The notes beneath the pieces are model-generated. The model did no database searches, was not told where the DNA came from, and worked only from the letters and a program-made list of their open reading frames with translations. The translations under genes were made by a program, and so were the position numbers. A stretch of 64,000 bases of DNA. Source: Catajapyx aquilonaris. Lineage: Eukaryota. Of the stretch, positions 1 to 30,999 are shown in pieces (position 1 is the stretch's first letter; each line of letters opens with the position of its first letter). The stretch spans positions 1-64,000 of the forward strand of contig KZ538092.1 in the NCBI GenBank assembly GCA_000934665.2. The letters are read 5' to 3'.

Positions 1-200
1 AAGACGTAATTAAAGCGATTCGCCGATTTTCGTCAAAATCTGACAACCCAAGGGTCAATTTTCCTTAAAAGCTCGGTGAATTGACATGGAATGACCCCCA
101 TGTAATTTGTTACAAGATGCTTCCTTATGGCACAAGAATTTTCACTTCTTCAATGTTGAAGTTGCTGAAAATTCTGACTCCATTTCAGCCGCCACTTATA

Positions 201-406
201 CAGGGTGGTCCAAGTTCAAGTGTCGTTTTATAACGCGATTAATAGAAGCGCTTAACGATGACGTAGCAGCGACGTGTAAAATTGCCCACTTCGATTGCGC
301 CGAAGATGCGCCGAAGTGGGACATTTTACGCGTCGCTGCTACGTCATCGCAAAATCACTGCTATTAATCGCCGTTATAAAACGACACTTGAACTTGGACC
401 ACCCTG
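201..406. mobile_element. Hairpin MITE, Tc1/mariner-type (TA target duplication), in SNRNP200 intron 2
   Basis: CAGGGTGGTCCAAGTTCAAGTGTCGTTTTATAACG from 201 is the exact reverse complement of 372-406; the interior is also largely self-complementary; TA flanks at 199-200 and 407-408. Confidence 0.85.
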
Positions 407-430
407 TATATTGTATGAAGACGCACATAC

Positions 431-1001
431 TTGGCCTTTCTCTCCTCCGTACGAATAGGTTTGGTCCTCTCGTATCTGTCGCCCATTTTGGTCCCTCCAA
501 GCTTCCCCGACAGGGACACAACTTCACCAGTTGCCTCATCCCGACTACGTGGCTCGATGAGGCGTACATCAGCTTGGAGTACAAGGTTAGAATTCTGGCG
601 GGGGAGAAAACATTAACATTAAAAACTCTTGCTTATGTAGCCTGCTACACACTGCAATGTGCAAAATGTATTTTTAGCTTCCAAATTAGCTGCAGCCCTG
701 ACCACTGAAAGGTCGCCTCGTAGGGAACACAATCATATCACATTATATTAGAAATATTAGAAACAGGACAAAAAGTGGAACGTTTTTCAGACATTGCGGA
801 TTGGAAAACGTCTGAAAATCGTTTTATGTTTATCTCCTTGCAAATATCATTCCAACCCCCTTGATTCGTATATCCCTGGAAAGCTTGCGAAATGCTGCAT
901 CTTGCCAGCAGCTTTTCCCTTCCCATTAAAGCGAAATAGATGGAAAAAATACTCACCGCTTTGTACTCGTACTGCAGTTGTCGTGCGGCAGCGTCCGCCA
1001 T
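431..1001 (-). CDS. SNRNP200: U5 snRNP 200 kDa helicase (Brr2), first two coding exons; gene continues off the left edge
   Basis: Exon 1 1001-957 [15 protein letters not shown]|gtgagt; exon 2 594-431 (cag|) [55 protein letters not shown]|gtatgt. Matches the recalled Brr2/SNRNP200 N-terminus ([24 protein letters not shown]...GEVxSLxGKL..TxMGD). Confidence 0.95.
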
Positions 1002-1594
1002 TTTGGAACGCTTCTAATGGAAAAACGTCGTAGAGCTCCGGAGCATGGCCTGGATTTTTGTACGAAATTTTTGGCATTTCGCACACCTATAAAATTTGTT
1101 ACACTTATAAACATTTAATTTATTAAAATAAATTCGTTTCAGTGGAAAACATGGGAAAATTGGTGCTGCCATCTGCCGCTTACTTTTACAAACATGGCAT
1201 TACGTCATCAGATCGTATACAAATACTGTAAACACTATTTTTGCGAAATTGTACATGCTACAAAAAAAATTGCACATGATAACGTCTTGCACTTATTGCA
1301 AACTTTATGACAATATTTAAGTATAACGGTCGCAATTAAAATACAGTGTTACTATTGAAATACCACTGCGCGGGAACTGACATGAATGTACTGTATTATA
1401 TCATAATGTGTGCAATTAACTGAAAATATGACACCTAACTATACAGTCTTGTCCTCAAAAGTGTAGCCTATTATCTTAATGTCAGTTAATAATTATCGTT
1501 CGAATTTTGCTGGTACTTTTAAGAAGGCTGTTAAGCAACAATGCGCTGTGTGGTGTAATAATAGTAGTAGCCTACTAACTGTACGTATAAAATA

Positions 1595-1940
1595 GGGAGA
1601 CGGAGTGGCGCCGCGGTAACGCGCGCGCCCACGGAAGTTAATTAGGTCCCGGGTTCAATCCCCACCCGGGGTTCCCACCTTCTTTCGTGCAGAGTTGGGC
1701 CATCTCTGGCTTCGTTTCGGGTGGCAATTTCCGATAGACTAAGCCACCCGGGGGAGTTCACAAAATGACCAATTAACGACAGCGCACATGCACTTTGCAC
1801 ATCCCCTCCTAACTACCTTGGAGTATACTAATAAGATTATTCTTAACTCGCTCCAAAAAACAAATACCCATGGTGGTAATCCACCACCCCCTATAGACCC
1901 AACAGGTCCTCACGGGGTAAATATTTAAAAAAAAAAAAAA
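1595..1940 (+). mobile_element. tRNA-derived SINE, full-length copy with poly(A) tail and target-site duplication
   Basis: A-box-like TGGCGCCGCGGTAA and B-box GGTTCAATCCC in the head, A-run at about 1927-1941, direct repeat AACTGTACGTATAAA on both sides (1577-1591 and 1940-1954); second homologous copy at 13010. Confidence 0.85.
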
Positions 1941-3439
1941 ACTGTACGTATAAATATCTTATGTGTACATTAGCAAAAAAAATAATAGCGTGCAAAAAAG
2001 AGGAGAGCTATTTATTATACATGAGGATGGTATCCGGAGATGAGAAGCTGCGATGATAACCGCTATGCCACCATATAATCTAAGATGCCTGTATGGCTAA
2101 CTGTTTATTAATCACTTATTAATTACTTATTGTCATGTGGATGTGGCTACCGGCACTACGGGACTGGTTATTGATTAGACCCTACGGTACTATAGATTGT
2201 TATACAGTACTACTCCGTCACCACTGATTCACGTATACTATGTGAAACTTCGATTTGGTATAATTTTAATCAAAAAATAATTAACATGCTGTACTTCATA
2301 CACATTATGTCGATTACGTAATTACAGTGTGTTTGGCAGGCACTGTGCGTAATTTTTAGCTCATAATTTCGCCTCCGTACAATATTAGAAATGTAATTTT
2401 GTACGCCATTTTTTTAGACATTTGGCGCCATACTATACGTGGATTGACAGGTTCCACCGCATGCATAATATATAAAAAAATGCGCATTTTTTCATTAGGA
2501 TCAACGACCATCATGCCGCCAAGATAATAGAAACGTGCACTCGATCTATAAATCCCAAAGCCCCCTGCTGCGTACAGGCCGGTCTCTTAAATATTTTTTT
2601 GCAAACGCTATATCTCGTCATCGGCCCTTTATTTTATTTTTTATTTTCCTTTGCGATTTTAATACGATCCTGGCCGCCTGTATATATCGCGTGCTTGAAT
2701 GATGAGAGACAGACTCTTCGGCGCTTCCGGGATGGATGTAAAGAAGTTAGGTCGATCATCCGGGGACTGGAATCGAGGGGCCAACGAGCTGAAGCTAACG
2801 GGACGTGTACCCCTGGGAAGCCAGAGGCAAATAATTAAAAAAGCAAAAAAGAAATACGATAGACATGTGTTTACTACCACCACCACCACCGCCACGATTT
2901 GTCAAATGTTCTCATGTAATCGGTATTGAAGCGTGTGAAACCGGACGTGTTTTTATCATAACAGGCGCATATCACGCTCTCTTGGCATATCTGATCTTCC
3001 CAAATGTTAATCCAGATTCCGAGGAAAGGGTGCTAGTGGGTCATTTGATGAATTCTAAAATGGTAAATGGCTCTTTGATCTATCGGGGCAGAGGCTGGAA
3101 GGAAGTGACACATAGCTAACCCGATTCCCCTCAAGCACAATGCTGCCGAGCAGGTCATGGGAATGCTGTAGGGGCCTCTCTGGTCCTTCTTTTTTTTCTA
3201 GTTGTTGTTCTTATATGCTGGGCAATTCCTTCTGGTGGATATCTTCCTCCTCCACCACCACCACCACCACCACCTCCGCGAATCGTACCTCCACTAGAAA
3301 AACTCGCCTGGAGCCAGTGGCCAAGAAGAAGAGGTGGAGGAGGAGGCGACCAAGGAGGAAGGCAAACAACCAGACTCCAGAAGCTATTAATCGGACCTTA
3401 CTTCACTTTGAAAACAGAAGGATACCTGCCCATCTGAAG

Positions 3440-6400
3440 ATGGAAGTGCTCCGGAAGTACTGTCTTCTGCTGTCTGTCGTCGCTCTGTTCCTGATGGGCA
3501 TAGCCAGGTTAGTACCACACTAGCGAACTCATTGCCAAAATTTTTTGCAAAAAAAAACAACAACTTACAAACAGTATGACAACTAGCCCGACGATTTACC
3601 ACGTAATGCTAATCTTCACGCATAGATGACGCTCTGCACACTCCTGCCACCCTCAGGTAGTGCGAGAGATAGCGACACTATCAGGTCGGACAAACATCCG
3701 ACGGAGAGAATAAGCCTATTAGGAGGAATTGTCCAGTAGTTGCATTATTCAATACATGACAGTCCACAATCCAATTTTACATATCACTGATATCAGTCGC
3801 GGCGACCCGCGACCGGTCAGCCGGGACCGACGACCCGCGACCGGATGCAGGTGTTGTGGCTTCGGAATATCGCCTTTTGGCTTGTATTTATAGAAATAGC
3901 AATAATGTTGCTTTCCTTTTTTACTGGTGGTTGCTTGAGTGAACAATCCGTATAATTGACCCTCTCTTGAATTGGAATTTACAGTACTGCATATTATATT
4001 GCAAGAAATGGGCCAGGTGCAACTGATAAGGCCAATTTGGATTAGGGTCACAACGGTGGGCTAATATTAGCCACTCGAGTTCTTCCTGCTGGACCGCATT
4101 GCTTGCATATATCAATCTGGCCATTAATCTTTGTCTGCGAATTATTTTGCATTGCAGTGTAGCCAGTGCCATCGTAATAAATAAAAACCAAAGTTGTTAA
4201 AACATAACCGGCTGTAGGACCTTTGCATGCGTCGTAGTTTCGTAAATTGTTTAACCGCACAGAGGTTTTACAAGTAGAGTAAACCCTCCCATCAGCCTGT
4301 AAACACCATTTTTTTTTTAAACAACTAGGAGAGTGACCCAGTATGTATGCGGTTTGTATGATCTTAAATACCTTGGGTACCCTAGAAATGCTTGACCAGA
4401 GGCGTCACTTGCAAAATAAGTACAAGTGCCCAATTTTCCGCACGTGAGACTAACTGTCTGTTTTTCTTTTAAAGCTGCGAAGATGAAGCTTCAAAGAATG
4501 CGGCGGCGGCCATGGGCGTCGTGGCCACCATTCAAGGGATAGTGGCGTCCCAGCTGGCCAAGACGTCGGAGTCGTCGTCGCCGACAGTGCCCAGAGACAG
4601 CACCCTTCCGGCGCCTCCAGCATTGGCCTCCCTTCTCAAACACTCGATGACCCAGAGGCCCATACTGTCATCGACGTTGAAGACAGCTGTCATCAGAGGA
4701 GACGGAAGCAGCAGTCCAATCACCGAAGACATGTACTGGGGGACGCCCACCATAGCAGTGGGCATGGACGACGACGACGACGATATAAACCCAGCAAGCC
4801 GTACGGACCGTGTGTCCATCACGTCCCAAATCACGTCGTCACCAGAGGTTGCCGAAGACGTGTTTGACGACGAGGCTGGAACCACCGGTTACTACCACCC
4901 GTCAACCACGAACATGGACGACGCCACCGAAGCCATCACCCAGCAGTGGACAGAGGAAATGGAAAAAATGGCTCTGGAGTCGCTGCTTCGAGGCGACCTC
5001 CTGTTCGGTACAACTGGCGACGAAGACAACCTCGTGCAGGTCAAGGACGAAGAGGAGCATCTCCTGGAGCAGGCGGTTGGTGATGGCCAAAACCAGAGCC
5101 AACCTACTGAGGACAAACACCATGGTGAAGAACATCATGGCGAGGACCATGGTGAGCACCATGGAGAACATCATGGTGAGCACCACGGCGAGCACCATGG
5201 AGAACATCACGGCGAACACCACGGCGAGCACCATGGGGAGCACCACGGAGAACATCACCATCATCATCACGTTCCTCTGGGTACCAAGGGTCCTGAGTTT
5301 GCTCCACCTCCACCGGGCAGCCTGGGTCTGGAGTCGACCAGAATCGACTTGGATCCTCAGGTGCGGAAATTCGTGGACTTTACCAACGAGGTGTCCTTCA
5401 AGGTCTTCTCCTTGCTGACCTCTGCTGAGGTCAAGGAAGGAGCCACCGAGGACCTAAGCCAGTCCAACGTCATCTACTCTCCATTGGCGTCAACTGCTGG
5501 GTTAGCCTTGATGCACCTAGGGGCCGAGAGCCACACGGCAGAGCAGCTCAATTCTCTCCTCCAGTTTGATGAAAATCTGTCCTTCAATCCGCATCTGCTT
5601 CTGAGGAACCTCACATCCGCATTTCGTGGACAGGGTGCCGGTACGTCCACACGTGCACATGTGGCTGCTGCGGCTGTCCGACATCTCTTTGCAGACAAGG
5701 TGAGGAATTATTGTATCCTGGTCTCATCTGCAACCTGTGCGATTCCCATGTTTGCTGGGAAGTAGAAATGGCAGGAGTTATTAATGTAGTTATGACACAC
5801 CCTGTCAAAAAAAAAATTAAACAATTAGGTTGTATTGTATACATTAGTGCTACAGTATGCTAAATGTTGTTTTCCAGAGAAAGGGTCAGATCCTGGATTT
5901 GTACAAGCTGCGTGCCAAGACCTTCCACGACACCCTAGTCCAGTCGGTTGACTTCGCATCGCTGGACCCAGTAGCGGTGAACCAGACGGATGACCAAATT
6001 GCATTGCAGACCGGAGGCACTGCCGGTCCCATACTTGCAAAGTCGGATCCGTTGCGGCTCCGTAGCCCATTGGCATTCCTGACGTCTGATGTGTTCCAGG
6101 CGGCATGGAGAGCTCCATTTACACCAGCTGAGCTCCACTTCATACACTTGGGTGCTCTAACACGACGGCTTGTTCCTGTACCAGCTTTGTCAGCACTGGC
6201 CCACTTAAATGCGGGGTATGACCCTAATTTGGATGCGACTGCAGCCGAGCTCCCACTTTGGGGAGGTCGGCTCAGTCTTATACTACTGCTGCCTGGAAAG
6301 CCTGGGGAATTTTCAGCGGGTGGACTCCCACGACTTGAAGGAGCATTGACTGCCAAAACATGGAACTTCCTTCAGCGAGTCATGTCGCCCAGACTACTGC

Positions 6401-6723
6401 GACTCCAAGCACCCCTCTTCCGACACAGATCATTGCTGAGGTTGAGGCCTGCCCTAGAAAGCCTGGGTGTCAGTGACGTTTTCCATTCATCCTTGGCACG
6501 TCTCAAGGGACTCAACGGGAAGCTCAATCTTCACTTGACACAGATTACACAAGTGAATGAGTTTGCTGTCGGTGTTGAGGACACGGTCAGTTCAAGCATT
6601 GAAGTGATCAGCGACACTGGAGCCCCACTACTTCGCTTCGAGAGGCCATTTCTGTACATCCTCAGGGACAATCCAACCGGTTTCCTCCTCAGCATCGGAC
6701 GATATATCAAGCCCACGTCTTAA
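3440..6723 (+). CDS. Serpin-domain protein with long acidic/His-rich N-terminal region, probably non-inhibitory (about 712 aa)
   Basis: Exons 3440-3507, 4475-5699, 5878-6723, phases consistent. Signal-peptide-like MEVLRKYCLLLSVVALFLMGIAS; serpin motifs NVIYSPLAS...LMHLGAESHTAEQL, ELPLWGGRLSLILLLP, LESLGVSDVF, C-terminal RFERPFLYILRDNPTGFLLSIGRY; AATAAA at 6750. Confidence 0.9.
3520..3727 (-). mobile_element. Non-autonomous Helitron-like element, copy 1 (degenerate 3' hairpin)
   Basis: Homologous over about 200 bp to 57233-57440 (shared CGATTTACCACGTA, CTCTGCACACTCCTGCC, CTATCAGGTCGGACAAA, GAGAGAATAAGCCT); minus-strand end is CTAG followed by T. Confidence 0.6.
5118..5270 (+). repeat. Coding 12-bp tandem repeat encoding (HHGE)n followed by His6
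   Basis: About 11 HGE units with synonymous codon variation (CAC/CAT GGT/GGC/GGA/GGG GAA/GAG) inside serpin exon 2. Confidence 0.9.
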
Positions 6724-6829
6724 CTGCAATGCCATGTGAAAAATCTTTCAATAAAATGCAAAAAAATAGCTACCAGTCTATCGTCGCATGATAACAAGGC
6801 TTGAAAGTGAAATCACACGACTCCGTATA

Positions 6830-9800
6830 ACAGAAGGAATAAGGTAACAAGTATCGCACATGATATGGAGTATCAAAGACAAAAAAAGTTTTATTTTGCA
6901 CCTATATACAAACAGCAAAAAAAAAAGTCCCGATTACAAACTCCCTACCCCTTCTCCCCTGACGTATGCACATTTTGCAAGGGGAAAAGAGGGAACATGG
7001 AGATATGGGAGGGATTTGTGTGGAAGAGTTACGAAATTGGGAGCTAAGTGTTAGGCTCAGGACACGATGCGAAGTGTATGCAGACTACCTTGTATAGTTA
7101 TGACTCATTTTGATGCTTGCAAAAAACACAATTTTTCACAGGGACGTTGGGATGAGCAAGAAGGGGGAAACCTCACTATTTTTTTAAACGTTATAGTCAA
7201 GCCTCGATTTCGAGAGAGGCTGGGTACACACACACACATACACACACTCACATATTGCCATTGTCAGTGAGGTGGGAGAGGTGGTAATGGAGAGGAGAAA
7301 AAATGCACTGGGAAGAGTATGGAGGGGGTGGGGGGAGGCTAAATTGCAAAAGGTTATGCTTACAAATTGGCTGCCTCGTCGCCACTTGTCAAGAGGTCAC
7401 CTGGTTGGCCAGAAAAAAAGGTGACACCTTTTTTTTTGTTTTGTTTCCATCATCTTTTTGTTCTTGGCACTAGGAATGTAATCAATCAGGACCTTTCTTT
7501 TGATATTTCTTTTTTCTTTTTCTTTTGCCTGGAGAGAATAAAGAGAGGGGGTTCGGGTGATGTCAGGCGCTGCCGTACAAATGCCGTTTACCACCCGAAC
7601 CCCGGCCCTTAATTCCACACCCTGGACATCCATGACTGAAAGGTGGCTCCAGCTGAGGTAGTCTACATGTAATTTATTACCATTATTATTACCATTATTA
7701 TTATTATTTTGCAACAAGGGAGATTATAAGCTGGACTTGTCGGGACTTGCATCACTCACATTTCAGTTATTTCCAAAACCAGCTTCACATTATTATTTTT
7801 TTGTCGCTGTGCAAAGTCTTAACTCTATTACAATAAGCAAGCCTCACACATGGAGGGTATGGTCAAATGAAAACAAAAAAAAATCCTTATATATCATACC
7901 ACGGCTAACAAACAAATAAATGATTAGATTATAAACACAAAGAAGAAAAGTAACTGTGGGAATGACATGTTTTTCATTAACATTAGAGTAATCATCATCG
8001 TGATAGGTGTTATATTCTCAGTCTCACTCCCACAATAAACCGCACCGTCACAACACTCTGCACTGGACCAAACTCCCAACAAACAACCACACCTGCCCAA
8101 CAATTACTTGCATTTTATACAGGAAGATTGATTTCATAATTGCAATGTACTTTTTTAAAATAATCGGAAAAAATTTCACAGGAAGCTTTCCCAACACAGC
8201 GGAATTAACTCAAGACAAAAAAAAAAACAGAGAAACATAATTTTCAGTCACTGGCTAGGAAAGCTGCAGGTGGCATTGGTTACGGTTTCTCCTCTTTTTT
8301 TTTTCTTCATTTTTTAAATGTCACAAACACTTGCACTCCCACACGCACTCAATCCAGAAAAGACGTAGCCACATTCGCACGCTGACGTGGGCAAAGTTAG
8401 GACATGTTGAAGAGGAGAGCTCATAAGGAGGAAAGCAAAAAGTGTGCTCTTTGGTCTGGTAATAATTAAGGATCTCAGTTGATAGGAAATAGATTCTTTG
8501 TTTAGACACAAAAACTTCCTTGGAATGCACTTGGAACCTAACTGGCCTAGCCACACAAGTGAGCAATCTCTCACACAGGTACACACAACTTCCACTCGCC
8601 ATATAAAAAAAGGTACTGAGGATGTGGGGAATGAGATCAAAAGCATTTTTCAAAAAACACATGCGCAACCATTTAAAAATCCCATACGGGCAGCAAAATT
8701 TTGTATTTTGTGACTCATTGAACACTGGCAAACGTATTTCCACCATGCTCGAGACCTGGATGCCAAAAGGAGTACTGTAAAGCATGGAAACACACAAATC
8801 ACTGGGAGCTCATCCGAAGTAGTCAAACAACCCACAGTTGAGTAGCAGGAAGGTTAGGGGGGGCTGGGTAAAGGGACATGGACTAAGCAATTAACTTGTG
8901 ACTGTAAAGAGGTAGACATTACTTTGTTACATACCCTGATGGATAAGTAAGAGGGATAAAAAAATGGCACTGGCTATTCATCAGGTAAGCTTTCGAAAAA
9001 CTTGAGAAAGTGGGTGGGTATAATCGACTAGTTACTGATTGATTGAGATCAACCCAAAACAACAGGGTTTTGATTTGTGAATGATAAGTAGGGTCTGGAG
9101 GAGCAGGAGCGGTATGGGGGAAGGGGGAATGGATGGGGAGAAGGGAATATATTGGGCCACATCCTCGCACATGCACATACACTCGCAACTTAATCCGCAC
9201 TCTAGCCCGCCTTTGTCCTTCACTGCAAAAGCGTTTGTGAAACAAAGCGCACGCGTTGTTGTTAAAGTAATACATTGGCACACACGGCAACATCACTAGC
9301 CTATAGTTCACTTGTAGCATTTTGCAAAAATCTAAACAATTGGAAATCAGAGGGAGGGGGGACAAAAATAATGGTGTGTGTGGCTCTCCAGGGGGAAGGA
9401 AAAAAGCTTGTGACCGAGAAGACGCCACACAAAAATGAAAACCCGAGTCACAGACTGGGGGAGCACAGAAACAAATGGCCTGGAGTACTCAATAAAAAAC
9501 ACAACAATAGCTCAGTAAAAATTCAAAAAAGACGCCCCTCCCCACAGGCCAACAATGACACAATCGTTATTATTATTAAAGCACTTGGGGAAGAATGGAG
9601 GAAAAAACACCCTTAATGCACTTTTCGCTCGAGTGGACACGAATTAAGGTAGGGGAGGTTTGGTTAAGAAAATGGGTTTAAATGGGTTGAGGGTTTGGAG
9701 ACCCAATTGCATATGTCACGTATTATTAGCTTCACCAAGTATTATCGGTAGTAATTATTGTTATAATAATTGATTATCTAAAAGTCTGCTTAGTAATAAT

Positions 9801-10903
9801 AGTAATAATAATAATAATGATAATGATAACAGTATTTATGATGATTATTACTGGGTTGGGCACATAACACCGCAAAAATTCACTTGCACACATTTGCCAA
9901 AAAAAAAAATCCTAAATTGATTGGGCAATGTAAATATTATACATTTGTCCCCACATTCAAACAGGTGACTTCATTGAACCACAGCAGGTATAGGTTGGTT
10001 TTTTGTACTCTCAACAAAATTGGTATATTTGCCTGGGCATTTAGCACATTTGGAAATAAGACAAAAATTGGCAGGTGAGGGGGGGATGGGTGGCAAATTC
10101 ACATGAGCAGCTTTTGTTATTTTAAATCCTACTGTTCATGACACTTATTGCACCTTTTAAAACAATTTCGCTATCCTCTTAAGTGTGATTTCTTTCAAAA
10201 GACACTGACAAATCAACATACGAATTATTATTAAGATAAACCATGTAACGTAAAGAATCGCCACCAAACATCAATGATCCCACAGAAAGGGATAAACCAA
10301 CCACAATCAACTTTATAGTAAAAAAGAAACAATAGCCCTGAACACCCAAACCAAAGCTTTTTTCCGTCGTTAAAAAAATGCAAGGAAATAGCAAATGACC
10401 AGTGCATTCTACACACCCACACATACATTCACACATGTCGTGAGCAACAACCACACCAATTGCCTCCTTTGCCCTGCTTTTTTTAATAATATATATCTGT
10501 ATATATTTTTATCTTACACAGCAATAACACAGTCGGGAGCTATAGAAAGTCGTACGTGGGTATGAGGGGGTAGGTGGGTTTGAAATGTTCATGCACACAA
10601 ACACACATACTCACACTTCACACTTTGACTGCATTTATCTGGTAGTAATGAGGAGCAAAAAAACAAACATTTTCTGGCTGAAATGGATCATATCCCCCTT
10701 CGTCTTCTCTGGCTGGTCTCCCCCTAGCAACTCAGGTTCTCTCTCACGCAGAGGGGGGTAAAAACAACACCAGGCTGCGAGGCGATTTTGGCTGTTCAGC
10801 TAGCTGGTGAGTAGGGTTGGGATTTGCATTACACGTGATGAGTACACGTAGAGAGAGGGGGAGGTTATGAGAAGGGGAGGTTATGTGATGTGCTGCCGTG
10901 CAT
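6830..10903 (-). other. Probable long (about 4 kb) 3' UTR of the RNF38-like gene
   Basis: No credible coding exons; minus strand is T- and TG-rich; minus-strand AATAAA near 6890-6895, convergent with the serpin 3' end. Confidence 0.5.
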
Positions 10904-28712
<17,809 letters not shown>

Positions 28713-30389
28713 CACGATCCTTCAAGATCGCTCTGCCTGCAAGCATAAAAAGGGTTTACTATTAACAGAGGCAGTTAATCCAGTCTGGCAAATTAATCCA
28801 AAACAGTATCCACATGACCTTTTCCAAACAAAAATTCCACACCGTGGCATTAACTCCAATAGCAATAGGCCCATGACACTTATCCTAATTCTTCTTCGCA
28901 TCATTATATTAATGGAAAAGTTGCTTACAACACACACTGCTTACACCCAACTACAATATTTTGAAATTGACTGGCACACAATGGTCTGGGTTATGAAAGT
29001 GGGAATGTGAAGATGCATCTTACAGTGACAAAGTGTGTGTGTGTGTGTTTTTTTTTTTCATCCAGGTACCTCCCATGCAACGCACAATTATTACAGCACC
29101 CTGACGCACATATTTAGACCACACACAAGGCTCCCCGAAGGCAAGTGCCAGGGCAAGAGCAAGGGTGGGGCCTCTCTACGATGTTCACACACATCGGAAA
29201 GCCCAATGCGACACTTGACTGTTAGGCCTAATGAGCGTGCCAGTTGGCCACCCTTCTGTATGTTAACTGTGGCGCAGGATACATGGCATATTTTTGTAAT
29301 TAGAACACTGTGGCTATTTTTGGAAATAACAGTGACACATCAAAACCAGGCATGACTAAGACGGCTACTATGTTACGAATCACTTCCTCTTTTTTTTCAC
29401 ATGTGCAAACCACATCCTGCACTATTCATTGGTAACACTTATATTTTTGAACAACGCTGTATTGCGGACTGATTCCTCTGTTTGTACAGCTGACATATCC
29501 GCATCGTAAGGTATGCCCGGGCGCTTCAGCGTCCAAATTTCAATTTAACAGAGGACTTGGTCCAACACTTTCTACCAGGGGGATACTCGCATTCTATCCG
29601 GGCTTAAAAACTGTCGAGGCTTAGCTCAGAACACCGACTACAGACTGGATTGCAATGCTCGTGGTACAATAAAACTTGTATACACTCGACTTTACACCAG
29701 AAACTTGTCCATTGCGCACTTTGGTATTTGTGTAGAATTTTGTGGCATAAAGTGGAAAGCTGCTCAGTATGGAATGTTTCAGAATGGAGCGACAACGCTA
29801 CAGGCAGGTTGTAGTCATCAGCAAATAAGAATAATCCCAATTTTCATGTAGTACAAGTAAGCGCTTTGAATGTCAGCTACCGGGTGTCACATAACGCTGC
29901 ATGTCGCATCCACGTCTGGGCCTAAACCAGTGGCACATCACCGCTGTTCATCGCAGTGCAATCCAGTCCAACGTAGGCAAATCATCAACCCCGACAGCAC
30001 AGCAAGTGTCCCCCTGCACATTTCGGCCATCTTTCCCCTGCGGACTTGTAAACAGTACCGGTGTCAGCACTGTCACGAGCCAAACATGACTGCCAATTCC
30101 AAAAAAAGGTGCTCTGAGCAACGTCATGACACCACACTTTTTTTTTGGTGTGTTTTTCCTTCAGGGCCTCACCAATTGTCACATACCCCCCCACCGGCAC
30201 AAAGGAACCTTGGTTGCCTCCCCCAAGATGCCAAGAGAACCAGAAGAAGCGGCTTAAGACAAGGCCAACTTCCTCACGTGCCTACTAATAGTAACTTCCT
30301 CTCTGAACATCAACTCACCTCCAATGCGGGGCAAAACACTTGCACTTCTCCCCCCCCCAAAAAATAATGAATTGTCAGCTTCTCGAAGC

Positions 30390-30960
30390 CTACTTCATGA
30401 GTGTTCTTCCTTCTACTACTTTTTTTCGTGTGTGTGGTCCTCCCTTTCGAAGGAAGGTTTTTTGGGGGGGCTTTTTCCCCCCCTCCTCCTCTCTCTTGTC
30501 TCTCTACAGGGAGAGTGGAAGATCTGGGCGGCCCGAGAGAGAAAGGGGAGGGAGAGAGAAAAAGGGGAACAAGAAAGAGAGAGGGATTTGAGAGAAGGTG
30601 GGGGGAGAGAGAGGGGAGGAGGAAGAGAGAGGGGTGGGAGAGATCCAACACGATCCGCAGCCCGCACTAGACTGGCCCGAGCGAGGCGAGGGGGAACCAG
30701 CAGTAGGGAGAGGGAGCCGCCTGCTAGAGGGAGGGCAGGGGGGCGCAGGCAGAGCGAGGGGAGATTCCACAGCGCCCCCACACACCCAACAGCAAGCCCA
30801 ACCCTCCAAACCCCCGGCTCTCTGTGCGCTGCCAGGCGGGCGGGCCTCCCCTTCGCTTTTTTTCCCACCCCTCCTGCATGCGTGTGTGTGAAACGCCCTC
30901 CCTCTCTATGCGTTCGAAACTATCTGGGAGAGTACAGGCAACTCAGGCCATTCACGCATC
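30390..30960 (-). promoter_or_regulatory. Probable main promoter and non-coding first exon of RNF38-like
   Basis: GC-rich, CT-rich (minus strand) 5'UTR-like sequence ending in a possible donor (gaa|gtaggc near 30394), upstream of the acceptor at 28736. Confidence 0.45.
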
Positions 30961-30999
30961 ACTTATGAAGCCGAACCCGGTTCGAAACGGGCCAACTAT

